From: Acidimicrobiaceae bacterium
GTDB taxonomy: Bacteria; Actinomycetota; Acidimicrobiia; Acidimicrobiales; RAAP-2
Assembly (NCBI GenBank): GCA_003162395.1
Contig: PMON01000011.1
Span: 3,392-67,391, forward strand
DNA: 64,000 nt
Reading direction: 5' to 3'
Part shown: positions 36,852 to 45,465 of the stretch, in pieces
Position numbering within the stretch: the first letter of the stretch is position 1
Layout of the letters: each line of letters starts with the position of its first letter
Made by a program: the position numbers and the translations under genes
The notes under the pieces: model-generated
Told to the model about the DNA's origin: nothing
What the model saw: only the letters and a program-made list of their open reading frames with translations
The model's database searches: none

Positions 36852-38024
36852 CTACCCGATCGGGTCCGGATACGCCAGGGCCACCTGCACGCCCCCGCCG
36901 TTGAGCGGCGGACCGAGCACCACGGTTGACGTGTTCTTCGAAGGGTTGAACCACAGCGCCGACTCACCGCTTCCGCAGGCAACCGTGGCCTGCAGGGCGA
37001 GCTGTCCATTCGCGGTGCCGAGCACGAACACGCTGTCGGCGCGAACGACGCCAGGCACGGCAACCGGCGTCGTGAGATGGTCCGGCTGGAGCTGCGCCAG
37101 GTACTGGACGCCGCACCCGCCCGCGTCTTGCAGGTAGACCGAGGACCCGATCGCCCACGCGTTCTCGTCACCCTCGTCCGGTCCCGTGACACGGGGTGGC
37201 GCGGTGAGCGCTGACGCCGTGCCGCCGGTCAGGGAGACCTTGAAGAGCCGCTGCGTGGACGAGGCGCCGCCGCACGACGCGAGCACCACGTTGGTCGCCC
37301 ACCACCGCTTCACCTCGCAGTACGTCGCGCCAGGGACACGGACCTGGCTGACAAGGGTGCCGTCATTGTCGAGGAGCGCGATCCCCCCTCTCGCCCCAAG
37401 CGCGAGCTGGAGGCCGTCGGGACTCGACAGGACGCTGCCTCCGAAGGCCCCGACCTCCGAGAAGCTGGCTGGGTAGGTGTGCTGCAGCGTGCCGGTCAGC
37501 GAGTAGCGCTGCAGGAGCTGGGCGTTGTTGGTCTGCGTCGTGACGAGGAGCGCGAGCCCGCCTGGCCTCGTGTAGGCCACCGACTCGAAGAACACGGTGT
37601 TCGAAGTGGACAGCGCGAACGAGTCGCTGACAAGGCCGGTCTTGAGGTCGATCGAGCTGATCCGCGTCGGCGAGACGTCGTCGACGAGGAGGGCGCGACG
37701 AGCGTCGCCGGACCACCCTGCCAACGACTCGTTCTCATTGGTGTACCGCGCGATGAGGTAGCGACCACCCGCGGGGTCCACGAGGAAGATCGAGTTGACC
37801 GGATTCGCCACGTTCCCGGCCACGTGGGACCCCGGCGCGGTGCCCTTGTTGCGGTTCCAGGTGGCGAGCAGCCACCCCGATCCGACCTGATCCCATGGAA
37901 TCGACGACGCCGACAGCTGCACGCCCCGGTGTGCGGGCCGCTGCTGGGCCGAGGTCGTCGAGCCGCAGCCCGCGAGGAGCGATCCCGCCACCACCGCCAT
38001 GATCGCAATTGGTCGGATCCTCAT
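36852..38024 (-). CDS. lipoprotein, beta-propeller-like (TolB-like?)
   Basis: Lipobox 'MRIRPIAIMAVVAGSLLAGCGS'. The body is repetitive and beta-rich. No catalytic motif was recognised. Confidence 0.7.
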   Translation of the reverse strand: MRIRPIAIMAVVAGSLLAGCGSTTSAQQRPAHRGVQLSASSIPWDQVGSGWLLATWNRNKGTAPGSHVAGNVANPVNSIFLVDPAGGRYLIARYTNENESLAGWSGDARRALLVDDVSPTRISSIDLKTGLVSDSFALSTSNTVFFESVAYTRPGGLALLVTTQTNNAQLLQRYSLTGTLQHTYPASFSEVGAFGGSVLSSPDGLQLALGARGGIALLDNDGTLVSQVRVPGATYCEVKRWWATNVVLASCGGASSTQRLFKVSLTGGTASALTAPPRVTGPDEGDENAWAIGSSVYLQDAGGCGVQYLAQLQPDHLTTPVAVPGVVRADSVFVLGTANGQLALQATVACGSGESALWFNPSKNTSTVVLGPPLNGGGVQVALAYPDPIG

Positions 38025-38120
38025 TGTCGCCCCCAGCACGGTCATGTCCGTCGAAGGCTACGCCGGAGCACTGGATCGTGGTGCCCTGGGGCGCCGCGTG
38101 AGCACGCGCCGCTCGCCGAT

Positions 38121-39011
38121 CTACTTCTTCACGACCTCTTCGACCGCGAGTGCGAGCAGCGCCTGGCCTGCGACGCTCGGATGGACGCCGCAGCCGCTCG
38201 GGGTCAGCTGGGTGAGCAGTCCCGCCTTGCAGGTGTCGCCGCCGGACTGCAGCGCCGCGGCCTTGAAGGCCCCATAGCCGTCGGCGATCTGGACCTTGTA
38301 GGGCTTCGCCGCCTTGTCGACCGTCGTGTTCAGCGTCTGGCTCCCGGCGTTGTCGACCGCGTTCGAGTAGTCGAGCGAGTAGTAGTTGAGGATCACGATC
38401 TGACCCCTGAAGTGGTCGCCCGTGCGGATCGACGACAGGATGCGCGCGACGTTGCTCGAGATCGACTTGAGGACCGTGGGCAGCTCGCTCGCGCACTTGT
38501 CGGCAGTCGTCTCCTGGCACAAGAAGGCGTCGTTCGCCCCGATCATCAGGCTGACGAGCTGAGTGCTGCGGTGCGACTTCAGGTACGCGTTGGCGTAGGC
38601 GAGCTGTGTGCCCTTGTAGCTGACGTGGAGCGGGAACGCCGCTCGGTAGCCGGGACCGCCGCCGGGCACGTTCTCGCAGCCGTTGCTCTGGACGCCTTTC
38701 GTCGTGAGGCTCAACGACGTCTCACCGGGGCAGGCGGCGTTTGCAACCTGGAGCCCCAGCGCGAGACCGACGTCCTTCGGGTACGCGACGAGCGACGAGG
38801 CGACGAGGTAGTTCGGCGGTGGCGTCGTGTTCGACTCGCGATAGCCGAATGTCACCGAGTCACCGAGCGCGAGGTAGTCATGCACGGTGGTCGCGTGGCG
38901 CGAGGCCGCAAGTCCCTCCGTCGACTGCCAGACGGCAGCGAAGACGAGAGCGCCGGCGACGAGCAGCCCGGCCCCCGCTCGTGAGATGTTCGGTCGACCA
39001 AGCAGTCGCAT
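38121..39011 (-). CDS. secreted SGNH/GDSL-family hydrolase
   Basis: Start 'MRLLGRPNISRAGAGLLVAGALVFAAV'. Block I 'YLALGDSVTFGY'. Block III 'LMIGANDA'. Confidence 0.8.
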   Translation of the reverse strand: MRLLGRPNISRAGAGLLVAGALVFAAVWQSTEGLAASRHATTVHDYLALGDSVTFGYRESNTTPPPNYLVASSLVAYPKDVGLALGLQVANAACPGETSLSLTTKGVQSNGCENVPGGGPGYRAAFPLHVSYKGTQLAYANAYLKSHRSTQLVSLMIGANDAFLCQETTADKCASELPTVLKSISSNVARILSSIRTGDHFRGQIVILNYYSLDYSNAVDNAGSQTLNTTVDKAAKPYKVQIADGYGAFKAAALQSGGDTCKAGLLTQLTPSGCGVHPSVAGQALLALAVEEVVKK

Positions 39012-39212
39012 AGAAAAACTCCATTCACTCTTGCCCTCGAGGGGCGTCAGCTGGATCCTCTTCGAGCACAGCCCGTCAGTCATTGGCGCACTGGATTCGT
39101 GGATTCTACCCATGGCGCCCGATCGCCGGGGAGCGCCACCAAGAGGTGTGTCAATGTCGCCGGTCCCGGGACCCGTTCGAGCCAGAAGTGGCGCGCCTCG
39201 CCGCGAGGTATC

Positions 39213-39242
39213 TTCGAGGCCTCAGTGTTCGAGGACTCAGTG
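39213..39242 (+). promoter_or_regulatory. 15-nt tandem direct repeat upstream of the RCC1/FN3 gene
   Basis: TTCGAGGCCTCAGTG (39213-39227) is followed directly by TTCGAGGACTCAGTG (39228-39242), with 14 of 15 positions identical. It lies about 145 nt upstream of ATG 39387. Confidence 0.3.
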
Positions 39243-39386
39243 AGGGTGGGCGGGGGTCAGACAGATGTCGTGTTCGCAAGCTCGCTCGGCGCTGCACGCT
39301 CGCTCGAAGGAATCTATGCCCAAGTGCCCGCGCCGGCCACCTCTAGAGATGGCCTGCGGTGTCGTCCTCGTCATCCGGCACGGTCC

Positions 39387-42300
39387 ATGTTGACGCGGCA
39401 TCGACTCCTGCCAGCCGCCGCGTCGCTCATTGTCGCTGCGGCACTCGGCTGCACCGCGCTGTCTGGGCCGGTCGCGGCGGCATCGGTGCGCACCTCCCAG
39501 CACGTCCAGGTGCCGCGGAGCAGCGCGAGACCGGTGCAGATCGCGGCGGGGCATGCTGATGGGTGCGAGCTCGAGCTCGTCGGGGCCGCGCGGTGCTGGG
39601 GCTCGAACGCCTATGGCCAGCTCGGCGACGGCACGACGAGGGCGTCCTTGTTGCCGGTCGACGTGCGCGGACTTACCGGCGTTCGTCAGATCGCGACCGG
39701 GTTCGGGCACACCTGCGCGCTGCTGCAATCGCGGACCGTGCAGTGCTGGGGGTGGAATCGCTACGGCCAGCTCGGCAACGGCAGGACCACCAACACAACA
39801 GTGCACGTCGGGGTGCGAGCCCTCTCGGGCGTGCGCTCGATCGCGCTCGGATTCGAGCACAGCTGTGCCCTGCTCGCGTCCGAGCGGGTCAAGTGCTGGG
39901 GCTGGAACTACTACGGGCAGCTCGGCACGGGGACGAGGACCAACTCGTCGCTCCCCGTGATCGTGCGTGGCTTGCGCAACGTCGTGCAGATCGCGGCGGG
40001 CTACGGGCACAGCTGCGCGCTGCTGAGGACCGGGACCGTCAAGTGCTGGGGATTGAACCAGAACGGCCAGCTCGGCAACGGTACGACGAGGACCGAGCCC
40101 GTGCCGGTCGTCGTCAACGGCCTCGCCGGTGCCGTCGGGATCTCTGCCGGCTTCGGGCACAGCTGTGCGATCCTGCACACGGGTGCGGTGCGGTGCTGGG
40201 GATTGAACCAGGACGGCCAGCTCGGCGACGGCGAGAGGCGAATCGAGCACGCGCCCGTCGCGGTGCGCGGCCTGTCAGGCGTGACACAGCTCGCCCTCGG
40301 GTACGGGCACAGCTGTGCGCTGCTTCGCACCAAGACGATCAAGTGCTGGGGCTGGAACCAGGACGGCCAGCTCGGCACCGGTACCTGGCAATCGTCCTTG
40401 CTCCCGCTCGACGTTCGCCTCACCGGCGTCATCCAGCTGGTCGCCGGTGACGACAGCACGTGCGCCCTCCTCGACCTCGGCCTGTTCTCATGCTGGGGCA
40501 GCAACGTCGACGGACAGCTTGGCGACGGATCGAGGGTCTCCACATCGATCCCACCATTCACACCGGCCGCCCCGACCAACGTCACGGCAGTGGCCCGGCC
40601 AAGCGCCGCGGTCGTCAGGTGGCACGCGTCGCGCAACGTTGGGCTGGGGTCGGTCAAGCGCTACGCCGTGACGTCGCATCCCGGGAAGCTCGGGTGCGTG
40701 ACGAGCCGGCTCTCGTGCACCGTCCCGGGCCTCTCCAACGGGGTTGGCTACATCTTCACGGTCACGGCGACCAACCTCGCGGGGATCGGACTCGCGTCGT
40801 CGCCCTCCGCCATGGTCATCCCGGCGACCATTCCGACCAAGCCAACGACGGTCACCGCGGCACGCGGCAATGCCACGGCGCTCGTCAAATGGCACGCGCC
40901 GAGCTCCAACGGGGGCGCCCGCATCTTGAGCTACACGGCCACGGCTGCTGACTTGACCACGCCGGCGAACGGCCACGAGACCTGCTCGTGGACCACGGGC
41001 GCGCTGCAGTGCACCGTTGCTGGGCTCACCAACGGGGACAGCTACACGTTCACCGTGCTTGCGACGAACGTGGCGGGCTCCTCGCCGGACTCGACTCCGT
41101 CGTCGGCGGTGATCCCCGCCGACGTGCCCAGCACGCCGACCTCGGTCTCTGCGGTGGCAGGGAACACCACCGCGCTCGTGAGCTGGAGCGCACCGACGTC
41201 CAACGGCGGCGCGACCATCGTGGGCTACACCGTGACCGCGGCTGACTTGACGGCGCCTGCGAACGGCAATGAGCACTGCGCCTGGACCACGGGCGCGCTG
41301 CAGTGCACCGTTGCAGGTCTCACCAACGGTGACAGCTACACCTTCACGGTGAGCGCGACCAACGGCGCGGGCATGGGCCCCACGTCGTCGGCGTCGTCGG
41401 CCGTCGTGCCCGCGACGGTGCCCGGCAAGCCGACCTCGGTCTCTGCGGTGGCGGGGAACACCACCGCGCTCGTGAGCTGGAGCGCACCGGGGTCCAACGG
41501 CGGCTCGACCATCTTGGGCTACACCGTGACCGCGGCTGACTTGACGGTGCCTGCGAACGGCAACGAGACCTGCTCATGGACCACTGGTCCGCTCACATGC
41601 ATCGTCGTCGGGCTCACCAACGGGGACAGCTATACCTTCACGGTGACGGCGACCAACCGCGTAGGGACCGGCACCGCGTCCTCTGCGTCGTCGGCCGTCG
41701 TGCCCGCGACGGTGCCCGGCAAGCCGACCTCGGTCTCTGCGGTGGCGGGGAACACCACCGCGCTCGTGAGCTGGAGCGCACCGGCGTCCAACGGCGGCTC
41801 GACCATCGTGGGCTACACCGTGACCGCGGCTGACTTGACGGCGCCAGTGAACGGCAATGAGCACTGCACCTGGACGACGGGTGCGCTGCAGTGCACCGTT
41901 GCAGGTCTCACCAACGGCGACAGCTACACCTTCACGGTGACCGCGACCAACGGCGCGGGGACCGGACTCGCGTCCTCGGCGTCCTCCGCCGTCGTGCCCT
42001 CGTCGGTGCCTGGCAAGCCGACGGGCGTCTCGGCCACGCCTGGCGACACCTCGGCGCTCGTGAGCTGGAGCGCGCCGGCCTCGGACGGCGGAAGCACGAT
42101 CACGGGCTACACGGTCACCGCGGCCGACTCGACCACGCCGGTGAACGGCAACGAGACCTGCTCGTGGACCACGGGTCCACTCTCGTGCACCGTTGCAGGT
42201 CTCACCAACGGTGACAGCTACACGTTCACGGTGACCGCGACCAACGGCACGGGAACGGGACCCGCTTCGCAGCCGTCTGCTGCCGTCGTCCCGGCGACCA

Positions 42301-42992
42301 CTCCTGGGCAGCCCACCAGCGTCTCTGCCACGCCTGGCGACACCTCGGCGCTCGTGACCTGGAGCGCGCCGGCCTCGGACGGCGGGAGCGCGATCACTGG
42401 CTACACGGTCACCGCGGCAGACTCGACCACGCCGGCGAACGGCAACGAGACCTGCTCGTTGACCACCGGTCCGCTCTCGTGCACCGTCTCGGGGCTCACC
42501 AACGGCGACAGCTACACGTTCACGGTGACGGCCACGAACTCGGCGGGTACTGGGAGTCCCTCGTCCCCCTCGTTGGCCGTGGTTCCCGCAACAACTCCAG
42601 GTCCGCCCACAGCAGTGGCGGCCACGCCGGGCATCGCCTCTGCGATCGTGACCTGGAGCGCGCCGGCCTCGGACGGCGGGAGCGCGATCACGGGCTACAC
42701 GGTCACCTCGGCCGACTCGACGACGCCGGCGAACGGCAACGAGACCTGCTCGTGGATCACGGGCCCGCTCACATGCATCGTCGTCGGGCTCACCACCGGC
42801 GACAGCTACACGTTCACGGTGACGGCCACGAACTCGGCGGGCACTGGGAATCCTTCGTCGTCGTCGTCGCCCATCGACGCGGCACGCGTGCACTTGCTCA
42901 CGGGAGGTTCCTACGGCTTCAACGCTCCAAGCGCGTTCGCGCCTGTCGGTGGGGACATCTTGACCTGGATCAAAACACTGTCAGGGGGCTAG
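39387..42992 (+). CDS. secreted RCC1-repeat beta-propeller (7 blades) fused to eight fibronectin type III domains
   Basis: Signal peptide 'MLTRHRLLPAAASLIVAAALGCTALSGPVAAAS'. Seven 'C(W)G.N..GQLG(D/N/T)G' blades, then eight roughly 98-aa units '..P..V.A..G.T.ALV.W.AP.S.GGS.I.GYTVTAAD...TC.W.TG.L.C.V.GLTNGDSYTFTV.ATN'. Confidence 0.9.
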   Translation: MLTRHRLLPAAASLIVAAALGCTALSGPVAAASVRTSQHVQVPRSSARPVQIAAGHADGCELELVGAARCWGSNAYGQLGDGTTRASLLPVDVRGLTGVRQIATGFGHTCALLQSRTVQCWGWNRYGQLGNGRTTNTTVHVGVRALSGVRSIALGFEHSCALLASERVKCWGWNYYGQLGTGTRTNSSLPVIVRGLRNVVQIAAGYGHSCALLRTGTVKCWGLNQNGQLGNGTTRTEPVPVVVNGLAGAVGISAGFGHSCAILHTGAVRCWGLNQDGQLGDGERRIEHAPVAVRGLSGVTQLALGYGHSCALLRTKTIKCWGWNQDGQLGTGTWQSSLLPLDVRLTGVIQLVAGDDSTCALLDLGLFSCWGSNVDGQLGDGSRVSTSIPPFTPAAPTNVTAVARPSAAVVRWHASRNVGLGSVKRYAVTSHPGKLGCVTSRLSCTVPGLSNGVGYIFTVTATNLAGIGLASSPSAMVIPATIPTKPTTVTAARGNATALVKWHAPSSNGGARILSYTATAADLTTPANGHETCSWTTGALQCTVAGLTNGDSYTFTVLATNVAGSSPDSTPSSAVIPADVPSTPTSVSAVAGNTTALVSWSAPTSNGGATIVGYTVTAADLTAPANGNEHCAWTTGALQCTVAGLTNGDSYTFTVSATNGAGMGPTSSASSAVVPATVPGKPTSVSAVAGNTTALVSWSAPGSNGGSTILGYTVTAADLTVPANGNETCSWTTGPLTCIVVGLTNGDSYTFTVTATNRVGTGTASSASSAVVPATVPGKPTSVSAVAGNTTALVSWSAPASNGGSTIVGYTVTAADLTAPVNGNEHCTWTTGALQCTVAGLTNGDSYTFTVTATNGAGTGLASSASSAVVPSSVPGKPTGVSATPGDTSALVSWSAPASDGGSTITGYTVTAADSTTPVNGNETCSWTTGPLSCTVAGLTNGDSYTFTVTATNGTGTGPASQPSAAVVPATTPGQPTSVSATPGDTSALVTWSAPASDGGSAITGYTVTAADSTTPANGNETCSLTTGPLSCTVSGLTNGDSYTFTVTATNSAGTGSPSSPSLAVVPATTPGPPTAVAATPGIASAIVTWSAPASDGGSAITGYTVTSADSTTPANGNETCSWITGPLTCIVVGLTTGDSYTFTVTATNSAGTGNPSSSSSPIDAARVHLLTGGSYGFNAPSAFAPVGGDILTWIKTLSGG
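40563..42872 (+). repeat. in-frame tandem array of FN3-coding units, period 294 nt in the central copies
   Basis: The string 'ctcggtctctgcggtggc' recurs at 41141, 41435 and 41729, an exact 294-nt spacing. Long identical stretches link neighbouring units. Confidence 0.85.
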
Positions 42993-43159
42993 GCATGTCA
43001 AATGTGTCGGCTCCGGATTCGATGGGACGAACCGCGTTGGTCGCCTCCGCGTCGGCACTCTCGGTCACGGGCTTCTCCAATTTCTAGGTTGAGACTCACC
43101 CACCGCACGCGACGCTGCACCGCGGACTGGCCGCACGCAGTTGGCGCCGGTCCGTCCGC

Positions 43160-43735
43160 GTGAGACTCGTTGCGCCGATGGCGACAAGCAGCGTGCACGC
43201 AGCGCTTCGAGCCGCCGAAGCGGCGTCGCCCACCTTCGACGGACCCGCGGTGCTCGGCCTCGACGCGCCACCAGCAGGCTTCACCCTCGAGCGCTACGAC
43301 ACGGCCGTCGGCCGCGGTCGCCAGGACTTCGTTCGCGCGTGCGAGGGCCTGCGGACGTGGGCCACGCACCGGACTCTTGGCGTGCGGGTCCACCCGACCT
43401 CGACGCCGGTCAGACTGGGGGGCGTCTACGTCGTCACGCTCGGCACGCCGGTCGGGGCGATCGCCGCGCCGTGCCGGGTCACCCGTGTCACCGACGAGCC
43501 GGCGCACTGGGGGTTCAGCTACCGGACGCTCCCGGGTCACCCCGAGGTCGGCGAGGAGGCCTTCGACGTCCGCTTGGCGTCGAGCGACCAGGTCCGTCTC
43601 GGGATCGTCGCGGTCTCCCGGCATGCGGACGGGGTGATGCGCCTCGCGGGGCCCATCGCCCGCCTGGTCCAGCGGCGCGTCACCACCGGTTACGGACGTT
43701 CGCTCCGGGGCTTCGTGCGCGAGCCGCCGGTGTGA
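43160..43735 (+). CDS. DUF1990 family protein
   Basis: 'FTLERYDTAVGRGRQDFVRACEGLRTWATHR' and 'WGFSYRTLPGHPEVGEEAF'. An alternative ATG lies at 43178. Confidence 0.8.
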   Translation: MRLVAPMATSSVHAALRAAEAASPTFDGPAVLGLDAPPAGFTLERYDTAVGRGRQDFVRACEGLRTWATHRTLGVRVHPTSTPVRLGGVYVVTLGTPVGAIAAPCRVTRVTDEPAHWGFSYRTLPGHPEVGEEAFDVRLASSDQVRLGIVAVSRHADGVMRLAGPIARLVQRRVTTGYGRSLRGFVREPPV

Positions 43736-43744
43736 TCGAGAGGT

Positions 43745-45412
43745 TCACGAGCCTGCGGGCACGATGCCAGCGAGGTTCGATCGCGACGGCATCAGCCGGC
43801 CCGCGGGGCCCTGGCCGAAGAGCCACAGGATGTTGCCCGTGATGCGCTCCAGCTGGTCAGCCGCGCAGCCCCCGTGGGTCGGGCAGGTCCCCATCGCGTT
43901 GATCCAGTTGTTGTTGCCCGTGTCGATGACCCCGGCCATGCCGTGGGGGTCCGTGTAGTAGGTCATGTCCGAGTAGGTGTCCGCGCCCCACGTCCCTTGG
44001 TTCGTGTACACCTCGCTCAGCGGGATCGGCGAGTGTCCGAGCACCATCAGCTCGGCGGGCTCGCCCTCGAACTGGCTCACGTGGTCGATGTCCGACGCGA
44101 TCACGCCCGGCAGCACGGACCCGTTGTGCAGGTGCGTGCCGCGGTAGATCCACGAGCTCGCGTCGGCGACGACGAACGGGGCGGGCGTGGACCCCGGCAC
44201 GAGATACCCGCTGTAGGTCTCGCCGACGAGCGGGTCGCCCGGCCAGCTGGACGGCGGCGAGCTCCACGTGTTGCCGGTGATCTGCATCGAGTTGCCCCCG
44301 TGGGCCGCGAGCGGGTCCTCCGACGAGTCGCGGTAGTCGACCTCTTGTCGGTCCGCGCCAAGTGGCGACGCCTCGAGGCGGACGTGGCGCAGCACCGACG
44401 CCGCGCCGAAGAACACGATGTTGAGCCCCTCTCGCTCCGCCTGCTGGACGCCGACGCGCTCCTCGTAGGACCAGGACTCGTCGTGGCCGAGCGACAGCAG
44501 CACGCGGTGTCGCGCGACGATGTCGGGGTGCTGGGTGACGGTCACGTCGGTCACGTAGGTGACGTCGAGGCCGTGCTGCTCGCAGAACCGAATGAGCGGG
44601 TACTCGTCGCCGAAGAAGTCCGACGCACCGTTGCCCGTGTCGTACGGCCGGTCGAAGGAGACCACCCGCGCGCGGTTGCACACCGGGTACACGGGCACCC
44701 CGGGCGAGCAGGGGCCAAGCCCCTGGTAGTAGGAGTAGCCGCCGAAGGCATTCCACCCCTCCTCGACGAACGTCCGGTTCATGATGAGGTAGGTCGCTCG
44801 GCTGGTCGGGTCCCAGACGGTCAGAGGCACGTAGGCCTGCTGGTCGCCGCCTCCCGTGAGCTTGAAGAGGTAGTCGCCCTGCACGAACGACTTGCTGATC
44901 GTGACCGTGACCGAGGGCGACCAATCCGCGCAGCTCGTCATGTTGATGACCGGGGTGAGCCGGCACTGGCGCTGGACGTGGCCGCGCAGCACGCCGGAGC
45001 TCCAGATCCTGCGAGCGCCTGTGCCCCCGTAGTAGCCCATGCGGTACGCGACGACGCCGAAGCGCCTCGCGGTCGACGAGACGTAGAGGGTCACGTGCTG
45101 GCCGACGGCGACGTAGTTCTCGTTGGCGAACCCCTCGATGCCACCCTCGTGCGACGGAGGGATCTCCCAGGAGGTCGTGCCGGCCAGCCTGTTCTCCGCG
45201 ACCACCCAGGGGGCGACCATCCCCGTCGGGCCGAGGTACGGCCTCGTCGACCCCGATCCCGCAGTCGACGTGCCCGGCGCGGTCGTGCCCGCGGCCAGGA
45301 CGAACACGAACAGCACGCAGGTTGCCACCAGCGCGCCCAGCCCTCCGACGACGAGCCTGCGTGCGCGGTGCGGGGTGCGCGGGCTCGTTGTCGCGTCACT
45401 CACCTCAGACAT
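43745..45412 (-). CDS. membrane-anchored N,N-dimethylformamidase large-subunit-like (DMFase beta family) protein
   Basis: ATG at 45412 follows GGGAGG. N-terminal TM 'LVVGGLGALVATCVLFVFVLAAG'. 'NRTFVEEGWNAFGGYSYYQG' resembles the family's 'QAYN.(W/F)GG.S.Y' block. Confidence 0.7.
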   Translation of the reverse strand: MSEVSDATTSPRTPHRARRLVVGGLGALVATCVLFVFVLAAGTTAPGTSTAGSGSTRPYLGPTGMVAPWVVAENRLAGTTSWEIPPSHEGGIEGFANENYVAVGQHVTLYVSSTARRFGVVAYRMGYYGGTGARRIWSSGVLRGHVQRQCRLTPVINMTSCADWSPSVTVTISKSFVQGDYLFKLTGGGDQQAYVPLTVWDPTSRATYLIMNRTFVEEGWNAFGGYSYYQGLGPCSPGVPVYPVCNRARVVSFDRPYDTGNGASDFFGDEYPLIRFCEQHGLDVTYVTDVTVTQHPDIVARHRVLLSLGHDESWSYEERVGVQQAEREGLNIVFFGAASVLRHVRLEASPLGADRQEVDYRDSSEDPLAAHGGNSMQITGNTWSSPPSSWPGDPLVGETYSGYLVPGSTPAPFVVADASSWIYRGTHLHNGSVLPGVIASDIDHVSQFEGEPAELMVLGHSPIPLSEVYTNQGTWGADTYSDMTYYTDPHGMAGVIDTGNNNWINAMGTCPTHGGCAADQLERITGNILWLFGQGPAGRLMPSRSNLAGIVPAGS

Positions 45413-45465
45413 CCCTTGCCTCCCGCTGGCGTCAATCGATTCGGTCGCGACGTGCGCGACCGAGC

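Noticed and set aside
34786-36954. 722-aa minus-strand ORF over the yciI/sigma operon
   Set aside because: It is antisense to two well-supported genes. Composition is Arg/Gly/Pro-dominated and no motif is present.
40563-42872. Regular tandem repeat that could be mistaken for a CRISPR-like array or a DGR variable region
   Set aside because: The period is 294 nt, it is entirely in frame, and it encodes FN3 domains. There are no short repeat-spacer units, no cas genes, and no reverse transcriptase or template repeat anywhere in the window.
42995-43087. The small peptide gene as a RiPP precursor
   Set aside because: No cyclodehydratase, lanthipeptide synthetase, radical-SAM, protease/transporter or other tailoring genes are nearby. 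The peptide has no Cys/Ser/Thr-rich core pattern.
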